Below, piece by piece: positions 20,090 to 31,000 of a stretch of 64,000 nt of DNA. The DNA is taken from IMG/VR virus record IMGVR_UViG_3300027754_003435; one strand, written 5' to 3'. This DNA comes from a virus. The translations under genes and the position numbers were made by a program. The notes beneath the pieces were generated by a model, which made no database searches, was not told where the DNA came from, and worked only from the letters and a program-made list of their open reading frames with translations. How positions within the stretch are numbered: the first letter of the stretch is position 1; each line of letters begins with the position of its first letter.

Positions 20090-23000
20090 CTACCAATTTA
20101 TTTTTGAAAATCCATTCTCTTTCTTAATTTCTATCTGACTATCCACCATATCCCTAACAACATCAATATGGGATATTAGAATAACGAAATCAAACTGAGT
20201 TTTAAGATACTCTAAAAACATAGAGAAACTCATTAAAACGCCAGAATCTAATGTTCCCAAACCTTCATCAATTGCTATAAAGTTTGGTCTTGGTAAAGAA
20301 CAGACATTTATAAGTGCCGCTCTAATTGCTATAGATGAAATAAATTTTTCCATTCCACTAGTTAATTCAAGTGGCCAGAAGTTATCATCATCATACACTA
20401 TATAAGTATTAATACTCTTACCATCTGTCTCAAAAATCACTTGAAAATCAACGATTTGAGATAAAATATTATTTGTTTCCGCTTGTATCTTCGGTAAAGC
20501 GTCACCTATGAGTGCGTACGGAATACCGTTTCTATTTACACATTTCAAATAATAATCATAAGCGAGATATTCTGTTTCAAGTTCTTTTAATTTCTGAATC
20601 GATTCATTACAATCGTTTATAATTCTTTCTTGTACTTTAATATCACCACTATAATCTATAATCTTTCCTTCAATTTGCTTTAACTCTTTAGTAAACATTA
20701 ATTTAGAATTCTTAGAATCTTCTATAATTTCCATCAGTAAGGAATTTGTTTTAATAGATTCTTCATTTTCTTTATATTTTAATATTCTATTTTGAACATT
20801 TACCAAATCTTCTTCAAATCCTTTCAATGTTTCTTTATTACTATAAATATTTTTTTCTAAATTAAATACCGTTTTTTGATGAAAATGTTGATCGTTTTCT
20901 GACTTCTGTAATCTGTCTAGTTCAGTATAAACATTAGAATTTTTCTTGAATTCTTTTTCAAGTCCTTCAATTTCAGCAAGTAAATCATTTTTATCTTTAT
21001 TTAATCCAATTAAACTTGATTCTGCTTTCTTTGCATCTTGAACAAACACATTACCAAGACAGAATTTACATTTTGGATCGTACTGATGATTCTTTAAATT
21101 ATTTACTTTATCTTCACAATGTTGAATCTGAAGTCTTATATTTCTCAAATCGGATTCATTCTTAGAAAGTTTTAACCTAATTTCATCAACCATCTTTCTA
21201 CGTTCTAACAAATCTTCTTTGTTGAACTCAGAAAGAATTAGCGTATATCTATCAAGACTTTCATTCGCACCTTTTAATTCATATTCAAGTGATTTCATAC
21301 CGCGAATAGTTTCATCTATTTTTCTATCAATTGAAATTTCTTTTTCTAAAAGTGTTTGTAATGAATTAGGCGATAAATTAGAATCTATTTGTATTAATTT
21401 ATTTTCATTGTCTCTAACTGTACTATTCAACTTTTCTATTTTTTCTTCAATTTCAGATTTTTCCGAATTCAAATTCAATAAAATTGTATTTGCTTCATCA
21501 CGTTTTGCTTCTGCACTTAATATCTTTGTTGAATAATCCTGTTTACTAAACTCTTTAATAAGTGTACTTACACTTTTGGAATCATCGTTTGCTATTGTAT
21601 GTAATTCTTCAAACAATTCTAAATCTAAAAACTGAGCAAGTAAGTCTTTACGTTCACGCTGTGCCTTATCAATAAAATTAGTATTGTTACCCTGAACAGA
21701 CATTGCAGTTAAAATAAAGTCATCGTATGTCCCCAAATACTTTCTAATTATACGATTTGTATCGTCTCTGTCCTCACCATTGAGTGAAACTTTGTTCTCT
21801 CCATCTAAGTACCAAAAGTTCACTACAACCTTCACAGCACCCTTCTTGTCCTTAGTTGCAACCCTTTCAATGAAGTAATTACGTTCACCGATATTAAAAC
21901 TAAGTTTACAGTTGAAGTTTTCTTTTTTATTATTCATTACCTGAATTGCTCTGTATGTTCTTGGACATTTATCAAAAATACAATACATAAGAGCGTCTAA
22001 CACAGAAGATTTTCCACTTGCATTCGGTGCGAATAAACCATAAACACCATTCATAGAATCAAAGTTTACAGAATTACCTTCACCGTATGAAAACATATTA
22101 TCAAACTTAAAATAGTTTGGAGTCCAAATTAAATTTCTAACAACATCACTATCATCAACTTGCTTGTTTACGTTTCTGTTTATTTCATAAATACGTTCTA
22201 ACAATGCAGTATCAGTTGGTAACTTATTATTTTTAATGTAATCAGAAATTAATGTGTTCTGATATGCAATATCTCTAATATCACCTAATTTATTGTGTGA
22301 AGTATTTCCTGCTTCCGATGAACCACCGACTCTTTGTACTTTAACATCAAGAACATTTGCTAATGATTTTATCTCGGTAATGACTTTATGAATGTCCGAA
22401 TTAGATGTATTAATTGAATGTAAGCGTACGTAATTATTTTTTGAAAATTCGTCTGGTAAGTTTTTAATTTTTCCATCTTCAACCTCAATTGTGTGGTAAG
22501 TAAAATCATTTTTTATTTCTACAAACTTCGATGTACCATTGGTTAAATTCCATTCAATTACACCGTGTTTTAAGTCTTCCCCAAAGTTTTGTTGTATAAG
22601 TGAACCTGGATAAGCAAAACGTTTGTTTGAATCTAAATATTGAAATCTGTGAATATCACCAAAGAATCCATAGTCAAATCCCTCAAATAAATCAATAGTA
22701 ACATCGGTATTATGTAACTTCATACCTGTATCTGTTTCTGCTGCATTAATCGCACCATGATAAAGAACTATTTTCTTTCTACCGTTATCTTCTAAATCCG
22801 ATGCTTTAATAAAGTTCTTAGTATCATCGAATACTGAATTTACCACAAAGTCTACGTTACCCATTGGATAAACGCCAGTTTCTTTGAAATAAAATAAATT
22901 ATTATTGTTATTAAATGAATTGAAAATTGGAGTTAAAGAATCCATTCGGTCTTTATTATTCAAGTTGCAATCGTGGTTTCCTGCTATAAAAAAAGTAGTT

Positions 23001-23236
23001 GCTATCTCAGATAAATTTAATAAAAAATTTCTCGTCATTTCTATCAGTTCTGGACTCATATCTGTTTTTGCGTGAACAATATCACCCGCAACATAAATCA
23101 AAGTATTTTTATGTTTACTAACAGTTTCACGGCAATAATCGTATAATCTATTAAATACTATTTCATATTCTTCATGGCGTTTATAATTTCTAATATGTAC
23201 ATCAGCTATGTGTATAACTCTATGTAAGTTAAGCAT
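20090..23236 (-). CDS. Mre11/SbcD nuclease - Rad50/SbcC ATPase fusion (T4 gp47-gp46-like)
   Basis: Phosphoesterase motifs IADVH, GDIVH, GNHD, GDIH; Walker A APNASGKSS; zinc hook CKFC; TSGMEKF; Walker B IAIDEG. Confidence 0.92.
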   Translation of the reverse strand: MLNLHRVIHIADVHIRNYKRHEEYEIVFNRLYDYCRETVSKHKNTLIYVAGDIVHAKTDMSPELIEMTRNFLLNLSEIATTFFIAGNHDCNLNNKDRMDSLTPIFNSFNNNNNLFYFKETGVYPMGNVDFVVNSVFDDTKNFIKASDLEDNGRKKIVLYHGAINAAETDTGMKLHNTDVTIDLFEGFDYGFFGDIHRFQYLDSNKRFAYPGSLIQQNFGEDLKHGVIEWNLTNGTSKFVEIKNDFTYHTIEVEDGKIKNLPDEFSKNNYVRLHSINTSNSDIHKVITEIKSLANVLDVKVQRVGGSSEAGNTSHNKLGDIRDIAYQNTLISDYIKNNKLPTDTALLERIYEINRNVNKQVDDSDVVRNLIWTPNYFKFDNMFSYGEGNSVNFDSMNGVYGLFAPNASGKSSVLDALMYCIFDKCPRTYRAIQVMNNKKENFNCKLSFNIGERNYFIERVATKDKKGAVKVVVNFWYLDGENKVSLNGEDRDDTNRIIRKYLGTYDDFILTAMSVQGNNTNFIDKAQRERKDLLAQFLDLELFEELHTIANDDSKSVSTLIKEFSKQDYSTKILSAEAKRDEANTILLNLNSEKSEIEEKIEKLNSTVRDNENKLIQIDSNLSPNSLQTLLEKEISIDRKIDETIRGMKSLEYELKGANESLDRYTLILSEFNKEDLLERRKMVDEIRLKLSKNESDLRNIRLQIQHCEDKVNNLKNHQYDPKCKFCLGNVFVQDAKKAESSLIGLNKDKNDLLAEIEGLEKEFKKNSNVYTELDRLQKSENDQHFHQKTVFNLEKNIYSNKETLKGFEEDLVNVQNRILKYKENEESIKTNSLLMEIIEDSKNSKLMFTKELKQIEGKIIDYSGDIKVQERIINDCNESIQKLKELETEYLAYDYYLKCVNRNGIPYALIGDALPKIQAETNNILSQIVDFQVIFETDGKSINTYIVYDDDNFWPLELTSGMEKFISSIAIRAALINVCSLPRPNFIAIDEGLGTLDSGVLMSFSMFLEYLKTQFDFVILISHIDVVRDMVDSQIEIKKENGFSKINW

Positions 23237-24185
23237 TCAAAATCCTTTGTTTAATAATATCGTATGTATCGGTCTTCTTACTGTTACTCTTGATTAAAGT
23301 AAATGCGTTGAATCCAACTTCGTTTACATCTTTTTCTTCTAAATTTACAATGTAAACATTTATTCCATTTCTAACTAAATAACTTGAAATGTTTAATGCA
23401 TCTTTTCTTGCATCATTATCCAAAGCAACAATTACTTTCGGTGGTTTACGTAGTAATATTTTCTCTTTCAATAAGTTTGACATTAGTTTGCCGAAAAGTG
23501 GTATAGTGTTATATCTGGCACTAATTGCGTCAAACACACCCTCGACTAAAGTTATTGGTTCATTCCAATTAATAAATGAATCAAAACCAATAACGTCTTT
23601 ACTCCATTTTGGATTTTTATATTTTAATGTATCTTCTTCAAAAATAGAACGAGAAACAAAAAAATTCAAATTGAAATTATCATCATACGATGGAACGATT
23701 ATTCTACCAGAGTAAGAACCATTTGGGCAATAACCAATATCATATCTAATCATATCGGTTCTACTGATTCCTCGTTTTTTCAAATAATTTATTGCCTGCT
23801 TTAACTGCATTTTAGTTTGTATGTCTTTTATTTTGCCGTATTCATACAAACGAATAGTTTCCGATGGAATACTCAACTGAATTTCTTTTGTTTGATTTTG
23901 GTCAGGAACATAAAGTTTTCTAATCTTTATAATTTTATCCAAATCAGTATAGTAAGACCTATCGACTTTTAATTTTTTGAATAGTGATGATATATTTCTA
24001 CCCTTAGCGTTACTCACCCAACAATGCCATACATTTTGTCCATCGTTAGATGCACTTAAATCTATTTCTAATTTTGGTTTGTAATGGGAAATGAACGGAG
24101 AGAAAAAAGAGTAGTTATTGCCAGAAGTTTTGCGTCCTTTACCAAGAACTTTTTCTAACAAATTGAGTAAATCATAATTTATCAT
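23229..24185 (-). CDS. DNA primase (TOPRIM)
   Basis: YLKKRGI, GRIIVP, KYKNP, LVEGVFDA, IVALDNDA. Confidence 0.85.
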   Translation of the reverse strand: MINYDLLNLLEKVLGKGRKTSGNNYSFFSPFISHYKPKLEIDLSASNDGQNVWHCWVSNAKGRNISSLFKKLKVDRSYYTDLDKIIKIRKLYVPDQNQTKEIQLSIPSETIRLYEYGKIKDIQTKMQLKQAINYLKKRGISRTDMIRYDIGYCPNGSYSGRIIVPSYDDNFNLNFFVSRSIFEEDTLKYKNPKWSKDVIGFDSFINWNEPITLVEGVFDAISARYNTIPLFGKLMSNLLKEKILLRKPPKVIVALDNDARKDALNISSYLVRNGINVYIVNLEEKDVNEVGFNAFTLIKSNSKKTDTYDIIKQRILNA

Positions 24186-24217
24186 AACAACACTTTTTTA
24201 TAGAATAGTTTATATCA

Positions 24218-24249
24218 CAAATATAATAAAAATTTGTGACAATTACAAA
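24218..24249 (-). promoter_or_regulatory. Bacteroidota-type sigma70 promoter for primase/SbcCD
   Basis: Minus strand TTTG (24249-24246), 20-nt spacer, TATATTTG (24225-24218). Confidence 0.75.
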
Positions 24250-24650
24250 CACTCATCCAACCATTCTTTTGGAATATCTTTCTTTGCCCACTTCCAACCT
24301 TTTTTATCACAATACTGAGCGTATGTGGTTTTACTTCCTTTGTATAACTTTGCATTTGGATTTTGAAATACAAATCGAATATCTATTTCTGAATACTGTT
24401 CAAATATTAAATCAAACTTTAATCTGTCAGTTTTTACCCAGCGACCTTTTGATTCAATATAAAGTTTATCACCTGTTTTCTTATTAAGAATAAAATCAGG
24501 AGTGTAGTTGTGTTTTGTTGCTGGTTGTATATAGGATATTTTATCCGTTTCATAACCAAATTCTTTTTTCGATTCTTGAAGTGAATCATTTATATTGTCT
24601 TCCAATCCACTTCTAAAACCATTCTTTATTGCTACGGCATTTCTTTTCAT
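24243..24650 (-). CDS. T7 endonuclease I-like (PD-(D/E)xK) resolvase
   Basis: FRSGLE...YTPDF...YIESKGRW...DR.K...DIRFVFQ. Confidence 0.9.
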   Translation of the reverse strand: MKRNAVAIKNGFRSGLEDNINDSLQESKKEFGYETDKISYIQPATKHNYTPDFILNKKTGDKLYIESKGRWVKTDRLKFDLIFEQYSEIDIRFVFQNPNAKLYKGSKTTYAQYCDKKGWKWAKKDIPKEWLDECL

Positions 24651-26383
24651 TACATATCAAATCGTACAATAATATTCATATCAACATCTTTTCTTTTCTT
24701 TATTGGATTAGCCAGTTTAGCAAGAGCAACCAATTCGTTATTATCGGTATAAAGGCCAATTGTTGTAATATAAGGAGTGAAATATGATCCGGTAACGTAA
24801 TCTTCAACATATATAGATTCACTATCTTTATCTTTTCTAATAGAAGGATTCTGTGTAAAATTAAATTCAGATTTTCTTATTTTACAAATAATTTCAGATT
24901 GATAAAAAGTAGTTGTTCCTCTGAATTCGCCATCAAACCCATATGTATCGTTAGAATAATCAAGATTTCCAGTTTGTCCCATTAATGAATTTTTATATTT
25001 TGGTCTTGGATCCGATACAACAACAAGTCCTTTTTTATAAAAAATATTACCAACTCGTGAAGTCTGATATGCATACCCATTTTGTAAGCTATTATTTGCA
25101 AGATAGCCAATTTCGTCTGCTGTTATAACTCTATTATATACACGTATCTCATCTAAAGAACCAGAAAAAGCAAAAGTATCTATACCGTTTCCACCCATGT
25201 AAAAATTATGAGTGTTCTGTATATTTCTTGTTATTTTACTATACTTGGATGCGTTTAATGAACCATCAACCCAAATTTGTAAATAACTTGCACTTTTTTG
25301 ACAAACAACATGATGCCAAGAACGAGTTGCTAAAACACTTGATGTTAATTCACTTGTTTCTAATGCAGATGATTGTTTAAAGACTAATTTATACGGAGAC
25401 GCAGAATTAGTATTTGTTATTGCAATATCAAACGGATAACGATCAATTGATTTCGTAACATCTTTATTAGTATAAATTAGCCGTGTTTCATCTAATGTAT
25501 CTATGTTTACAATTCTATTTTTACTAAACAAAGAATTATATGTATTGATGTTATTAGACTGACTTATTGGTACATTTATCCAAAAACTAAAAGCAAAGTT
25601 TTTATCTTTACCAAAATTGAAATTTTTATGATTTTTTACTTCAAAATAGCCACCATCTAAAGCAACGGATACTCCACTTGACTGTGATGTGTCTGTTGTT
25701 GGTATTCCTGGTTGATATGAGATTTTTTTAGGATATATAATATCTATATCATTTCTCAACGGGGAAGCATCTAGCAGATAATCTACATTTTTATTTCTAA
25801 AATAATAATCTCTATATTTTTCGTTAAATCCAACATACAATGAAAGGTAGCCATTATCAATGAATTTAGTTTCATCAAATGTTGTATCTCTTAAATTACC
25901 ATAGCCATCATCGACCAATGTATACTGATAAATAGAAGAAGTACTTTGGTTAGTTATTCTAAATGAGTTTTTTTGTATTCCTTCACCAAACACTTTCATC
26001 GGAATAGTCATCATAGAACCAGATTCAGATAAATCGGTAAATGTATTGTAGTCTGTTATATTAGTTGGTAGTTTATTTTTATCATAATCAGTATAATAAT
26101 TATGGTCCAAGTAATACCATAGAACTTTTGGGTCAATACTTTGTGACACATAATGATTTTCGTATAATGAAGAAGAAATGTTCAGTATTCTTCCAATATA
26201 TTTATGATTCTCTGGATATAATACACGATAAACTTTTATACCCAACTTACTATACAAATAGGCAGAATTATCTAATGTATTTATTTTCCAAAATTTATTT
26301 GATTCAAATGGCGTAACCGTATAGTCCCCTCGCTTTAAGGACTTATTACATATACTTAAAATATTTCCAGTTTGGAATAGCAT
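24650..26383 (-). CDS. Virion protein with LamG/ConA-like domain; paralog family member
   Basis: FAFSFWIN, WHHVVC, FSGSLDEIRVYNR; shared C-terminal YITTIGLY...LVALAKLANPIKK. Confidence 0.8.
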   Translation of the reverse strand: MLFQTGNILSICNKSLKRGDYTVTPFESNKFWKINTLDNSAYLYSKLGIKVYRVLYPENHKYIGRILNISSSLYENHYVSQSIDPKVLWYYLDHNYYTDYDKNKLPTNITDYNTFTDLSESGSMMTIPMKVFGEGIQKNSFRITNQSTSSIYQYTLVDDGYGNLRDTTFDETKFIDNGYLSLYVGFNEKYRDYYFRNKNVDYLLDASPLRNDIDIIYPKKISYQPGIPTTDTSQSSGVSVALDGGYFEVKNHKNFNFGKDKNFAFSFWINVPISQSNNINTYNSLFSKNRIVNIDTLDETRLIYTNKDVTKSIDRYPFDIAITNTNSASPYKLVFKQSSALETSELTSSVLATRSWHHVVCQKSASYLQIWVDGSLNASKYSKITRNIQNTHNFYMGGNGIDTFAFSGSLDEIRVYNRVITADEIGYLANNSLQNGYAYQTSRVGNIFYKKGLVVVSDPRPKYKNSLMGQTGNLDYSNDTYGFDGEFRGTTTFYQSEIICKIRKSEFNFTQNPSIRKDKDSESIYVEDYVTGSYFTPYITTIGLYTDNNELVALAKLANPIKKRKDVDMNIIVRFDM

Positions 26384-26384
26384 A

Positions 26385-27668
26385 TTAATTCAATCTCACT
26401 CTTATTTGAAATACGTGCTCATCATCTTTTGTTTTTAATATTGGCTTTGGTAATTTACCAATTGCAACCAATTCATTTTCAAAATTGTACAAACCGATAG
26501 TTGTAATATAAACTCTTGGATTTGAAGAAAAAGAATTATATTTTAATTTGTTAGTAGTAGAGTCTGTATAAGTTGGATTCGTTGAATAATTAAATTCGTT
26601 TCTGTCTACTCTACAAAAGTATGCTTCAGATATAGTTGTTGTTGTTGAACGTCCAAATAAAGATCCAGTTGTTTGTCTTACTACGTTTGGACTACATGAA
26701 CCACTAATAGAAACAAAAAGTTTTCTCATATTATCACCATCGATAGATGCAGTAACGGTATTAAAAGAACATGATGTATCTAATACAGTACCGTCTAATA
26801 TAACAAAGCCAAGCCTTGGAAAAATCATTCCCCATGCATCATCAGTTGACTCGCCATAAACACCATCGATTAATGAACCAGAAACTAAATAATAATAATC
26901 TCTTATTTCACCTTCGTTTAATGTTTGCTCAGAACCGTCTCCACTATCATCAATCAATGAATAAATAACACTTGAAGAAGGATTTGCATAAAAATTACTT
27001 CCAGTATTTACTAGTTGATTTGCACTCGAAGATAATGGTGATAATAATAATTCAAAATTACCTGGATCTAATCTATCTTTGATTAAATTAGTATCGAAAT
27101 TTAATACATAAAAATAATCACCATTCTTATCATTCTTAAACTTAAATTTTCCCTTATTTGTATCAAAGCAATTCAACATATATTGTCTATATAAGGATTT
27201 AGCAGGTACTAAATCTGTCCATTTATCTATTATGTACGATGAACCAGATCCAGAAATATGAGCGTAACATACATCGAGTATATGTTCTGCATTTATAGTA
27301 TTTGGATTTTCTGAATAAACTGGTAAATAATATTTTGAATGACTATAAGGTGTTGAACCAGTAAAAAAATTATTTATTTTTTCAGAATAGCACTCAAACA
27401 AACCTGCAGACTTATATCTAAGAATAGGTTTACTATAATCGGTTTCAGTAGATATTCGTTTATATACTAAATTGTTAGTAACCGTATTTTCAGTAGAACT
27501 AATCGGCACAGTAGGTGTGGGTGGTTTTATAGTAAACGATACACCAGTACTATTAATTAATATCTGAATGTATTCCCGTGAAGGAAATCCATTTGAAATC
27601 TGAAACAGTAAATATTCTTCTATCAGTTGGAGTGTTTTTTTATTTATTTCAAAGCTATGCTTTTGCAC
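26385..27668 (-). CDS. Virion structural protein, paralog family member
   Basis: Shared DRLDPGNF / SLIDDS / YITTIGLY...AIGKLPKPI motifs. Confidence 0.7.
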   Translation of the reverse strand: MQKHSFEINKKTLQLIEEYLLFQISNGFPSREYIQILINSTGVSFTIKPPTPTVPISSTENTVTNNLVYKRISTETDYSKPILRYKSAGLFECYSEKINNFFTGSTPYSHSKYYLPVYSENPNTINAEHILDVCYAHISGSGSSYIIDKWTDLVPAKSLYRQYMLNCFDTNKGKFKFKNDKNGDYFYVLNFDTNLIKDRLDPGNFELLLSPLSSSANQLVNTGSNFYANPSSSVIYSLIDDSGDGSEQTLNEGEIRDYYYLVSGSLIDGVYGESTDDAWGMIFPRLGFVILDGTVLDTSCSFNTVTASIDGDNMRKLFVSISGSCSPNVVRQTTGSLFGRSTTTTISEAYFCRVDRNEFNYSTNPTYTDSTTNKLKYNSFSSNPRVYITTIGLYNFENELVAIGKLPKPILKTKDDEHVFQIRVRLN

Positions 27669-27671
27669 AAA

Positions 27672-28022
27672 TCACCCCTTTAAAAATTTAGAAAAAAGTA
27701 TTGGGGTATTGATTCGTGTGTTTGGTAACTCATCATTAATAGATGTATTTAATATAGTTGTATCAACACTTTCAATTTGTCTATCCAACTTTTGCTGTGC
27801 TTCTTTAATTAAACGTATATAATACTGAGCAACATTCATTTTATTAGAATTGTTACTAATATGAAATAAGTGGTTTGGTGTTTTATTGTTTGAATCCACC
27901 GATAATATAGATAAAAATAATTGCTTAGTATATTCTGAAATATCATTACTATCAACCACTGGTGGAAAATCTGACATCATTGATCCAGACATAATATCGA
28001 TTATTTCTGTTTCGGTTATCAT
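27672..28022 (-). CDS. Hypothetical protein
   Basis: 116-aa ORF tightly packed in the operon. Confidence 0.55.
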   Translation of the reverse strand: MITETEIIDIMSGSMMSDFPPVVDSNDISEYTKQLFLSILSVDSNNKTPNHLFHISNNSNKMNVAQYYIRLIKEAQQKLDRQIESVDTTILNTSINDELPNTRINTPILFSKFLKG

Positions 28023-28023
28023 G

Positions 28024-31000
28024 TTACCAATTCAATCTTATTTTTATTAAAATATCGTTTTCTTTTGTTTTCTTAATAGGTTTACTCAACTTTGCAATAG
28101 CCAATAATTCTCTGTCTTTATTATAAAGACCAATCGTTGTAATGTAAGTCATAGGATCATTTATAAAACACGCATTCTTTATTTTACCTATGTTAGCAGA
28201 GTCATCATAAGTATATGTTGGATTGTTACTATAATTAGAATCACTATTTGCAACTCTCACGAAGTAATGATTTGTAGTTTTTCGTGTAACACTTCTTGCT
28301 TGCATTGGATAACCCATTGCAGCAGCACCACTTATTGAAGTAAATAACTTATAAGAATTGTCACCTAAAATATTACTACCAGTAACAGTATTAAATGTCA
28401 AATAAGAATTTAATTTAGAAGAATCTAATACTATAACACCGAGATTTGGATATACTTTACCATAAGTTGTAATCGCTAAGTTAGTATATATACTACCAGT
28501 ACCACTAGAATGTACACCAGAACTTATACTTCCACTAACAATATCATAATAAGTTGTTTCTGTGTCTGAACATACCGTATCACCAAGTATTTCTGATGAA
28601 TTATCTATAAGTGATAATATAATTGGAGTTGAACCTGAAACTTTAACCTTACTACCAGTATGTTGTGAATTCACTATTCCACTACCAGAAAGTGCAGCTA
28701 AATTTATTTGAAAATTACCAACATTTAATTGATCGCTTATTCCGTTTCTGTTAAAGTTTATAACGTAAATATCATTGGGTGTTTCAAGTGTTCCACTATT
28801 ATAGAATGAATAATATTTTTCTGTAGATTCCATTGATAACAATCTATATTGAGAATATATCGCTCTCGATACACTATCACGATTATTATATCCAGTTGCT
28901 AAAGAACCAGATCCATTGTGATTACCGTAAGTAACAGCAAAATAAGGCGTCTTACCACACGTATCACAATCAGTTACTTCATAATAATATGCCGTTGAAG
29001 CAGTATATTGTGTTGAACTTGTATAATAACAATCAAGTGACGCTGAAGCACCAAACAATCCACGCTTAGTGTCTTTAACCACCGCAGTTAAAACGTCAGT
29101 ACCAAATAAAAATGGATGTTGTACTTTATTTGCTTTATCAAAGCAATCGTCTTTTTGTCTTGTTGCACCTGTCAATTCTTGACCGTCTGTTAATCCGTAT
29201 GGATTTCTTGCTATATCAGTTGGTGCGGTTGGTTTAGTAGCTCTCTTTCTTTCTTTCTTACGTTTATAGTATCCGTCACCTAAAATTGGGTGATCGTACG
29301 ATAATGCTGGATAAGTAAGGTAATTTGTTCTGACTTCAATCTCTGTACATCCACATGGATTAGTTGGATCTGTCTTATATTCAGTTTCAAAGTCTTTTGT
29401 TATAAATTGTTCACACTCACCAAATGGATTAAATTGAATACTATCATACGCAATAAACGTACCGTCATCTGGCTGTCTGGATGGTATATTCAAAGCCATA
29501 ACAACTTCATCTAATGCGTAATAATAACCATCAGTTGTTGTTAAAAATTTACCAGTATCGCTCTTTAATGCAACAATTGGAATTGAGTTTGGTAACTTAC
29601 CATTTAATGCATCTAACATATACTGATAACCAATATCAGACTCTTTTCTATATGGAAGTTCTTGCTCAGTTATTCTACACTTTATTTTAAAAATACGAAT
29701 TCTTTTTCTTTTTACTCCACGTTGAAATCTAGATAAAATACCAGTTAAACATGGATTTGTTGGTAAAGCTATTCTTGTTTGAATTAAAGAACCATCATCA
29801 AACGCTTCAAACGCTAAGTAAGGAGAATATCTTGTAATACCTTCATTGTAAATTGCAAGCATTAATCCAGTATCATCTACATAACCAGGAGTACCATCTC
29901 TCTTTTTGATAAGACCGGCAATGATAGGATAATCAACATAGCTAGATTCAAAAGTCTCGTTCGATAACTCAGAATATACTGCCCAATATTCTCTATTGGC
30001 ACAGTCGTTAGAAGTAGCAGGTGGAACACCACTACCCCCACCACCTTGTGTTGCTGTACAATCAGATACACCAGACGCTCCTGTGCATTTAGCGTAAACA
30101 GCACCATTCTCTGTTTCGACTAGCAACCCACCACCAAACGCATTAGCATCTTTCTTTATGTCTGTGTCTGCCAAATATACTGCTTGATTCAATAAGTGTT
30201 CTAACTTACCCATAGCACCGGAATTTACTATATCTGTCTTCCATTGATGTGTGTGATCTATTTCTCTAATCTTTGCATCAAATGTAAAACTTTTAGGACT
30301 TGCAGCGAGCCATGCTGCACAATCTGTTTTCCAGCCATCTACAACAGGATTATTATTAACAAATACTTTTATATTATTTTTTAAGTTTTCATTTATATAT
30401 TCTAAATCATTGAAGCCAGCAGCGTCAGTAACATTTAATGCTGTATTTATACCGGCGGATACTTCATCAAAATCATAATAATACTGCCAAGTAATTCTAT
30501 CTTTATTTGGATTGCCTGGACAAGCATCCTGTTTGTAAGCGATTTTAGAAGTTGCTACTATTTTATCGGTTGCAATCAGTTCTGGAGTTGGGAATAAATT
30601 TTGACCTGATGTAGAACAACATCTCCAAATATCAATATATAATTGACAAGGTCCAGGTATTGTTACTCCACTAATAGAAGCTTTCTGTGTAGTTTGCTTT
30701 TGTTTCACCGTAAACGTATATCTACATGCAGCAACACCAGTTGTGGAAACAGCACCAGTTGTGGAAACAGCTCCAGTTGTGGAAACAGCACCAGTTGTAG
30801 AAGCAGCACCAGTTGTAGAAGCAGCACCAGTTGTAGAAGCAGTACTAGTTGTTGTACTAGTTGTTGTTGTAGCTACGTATAATGCAGGAGCATTTAAAAA
30901 ATTTGAAATTAGTCTTTTAGTTTCGTCATACGATCTAATACGTAATGTATCATTAGTACCCGCTATTCCTGCTGGAGATGTCAATTCAGGAGAATTTATT

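Noticed and set aside
24243-24650. Endonuclease as a homing or mobile endonuclease responsible for the palindrome-flanked insertions
   Set aside because: Motifs match T7 endonuclease I-type junction resolvases, a normal replication and packaging function; nothing links it to the ESVITEE sites
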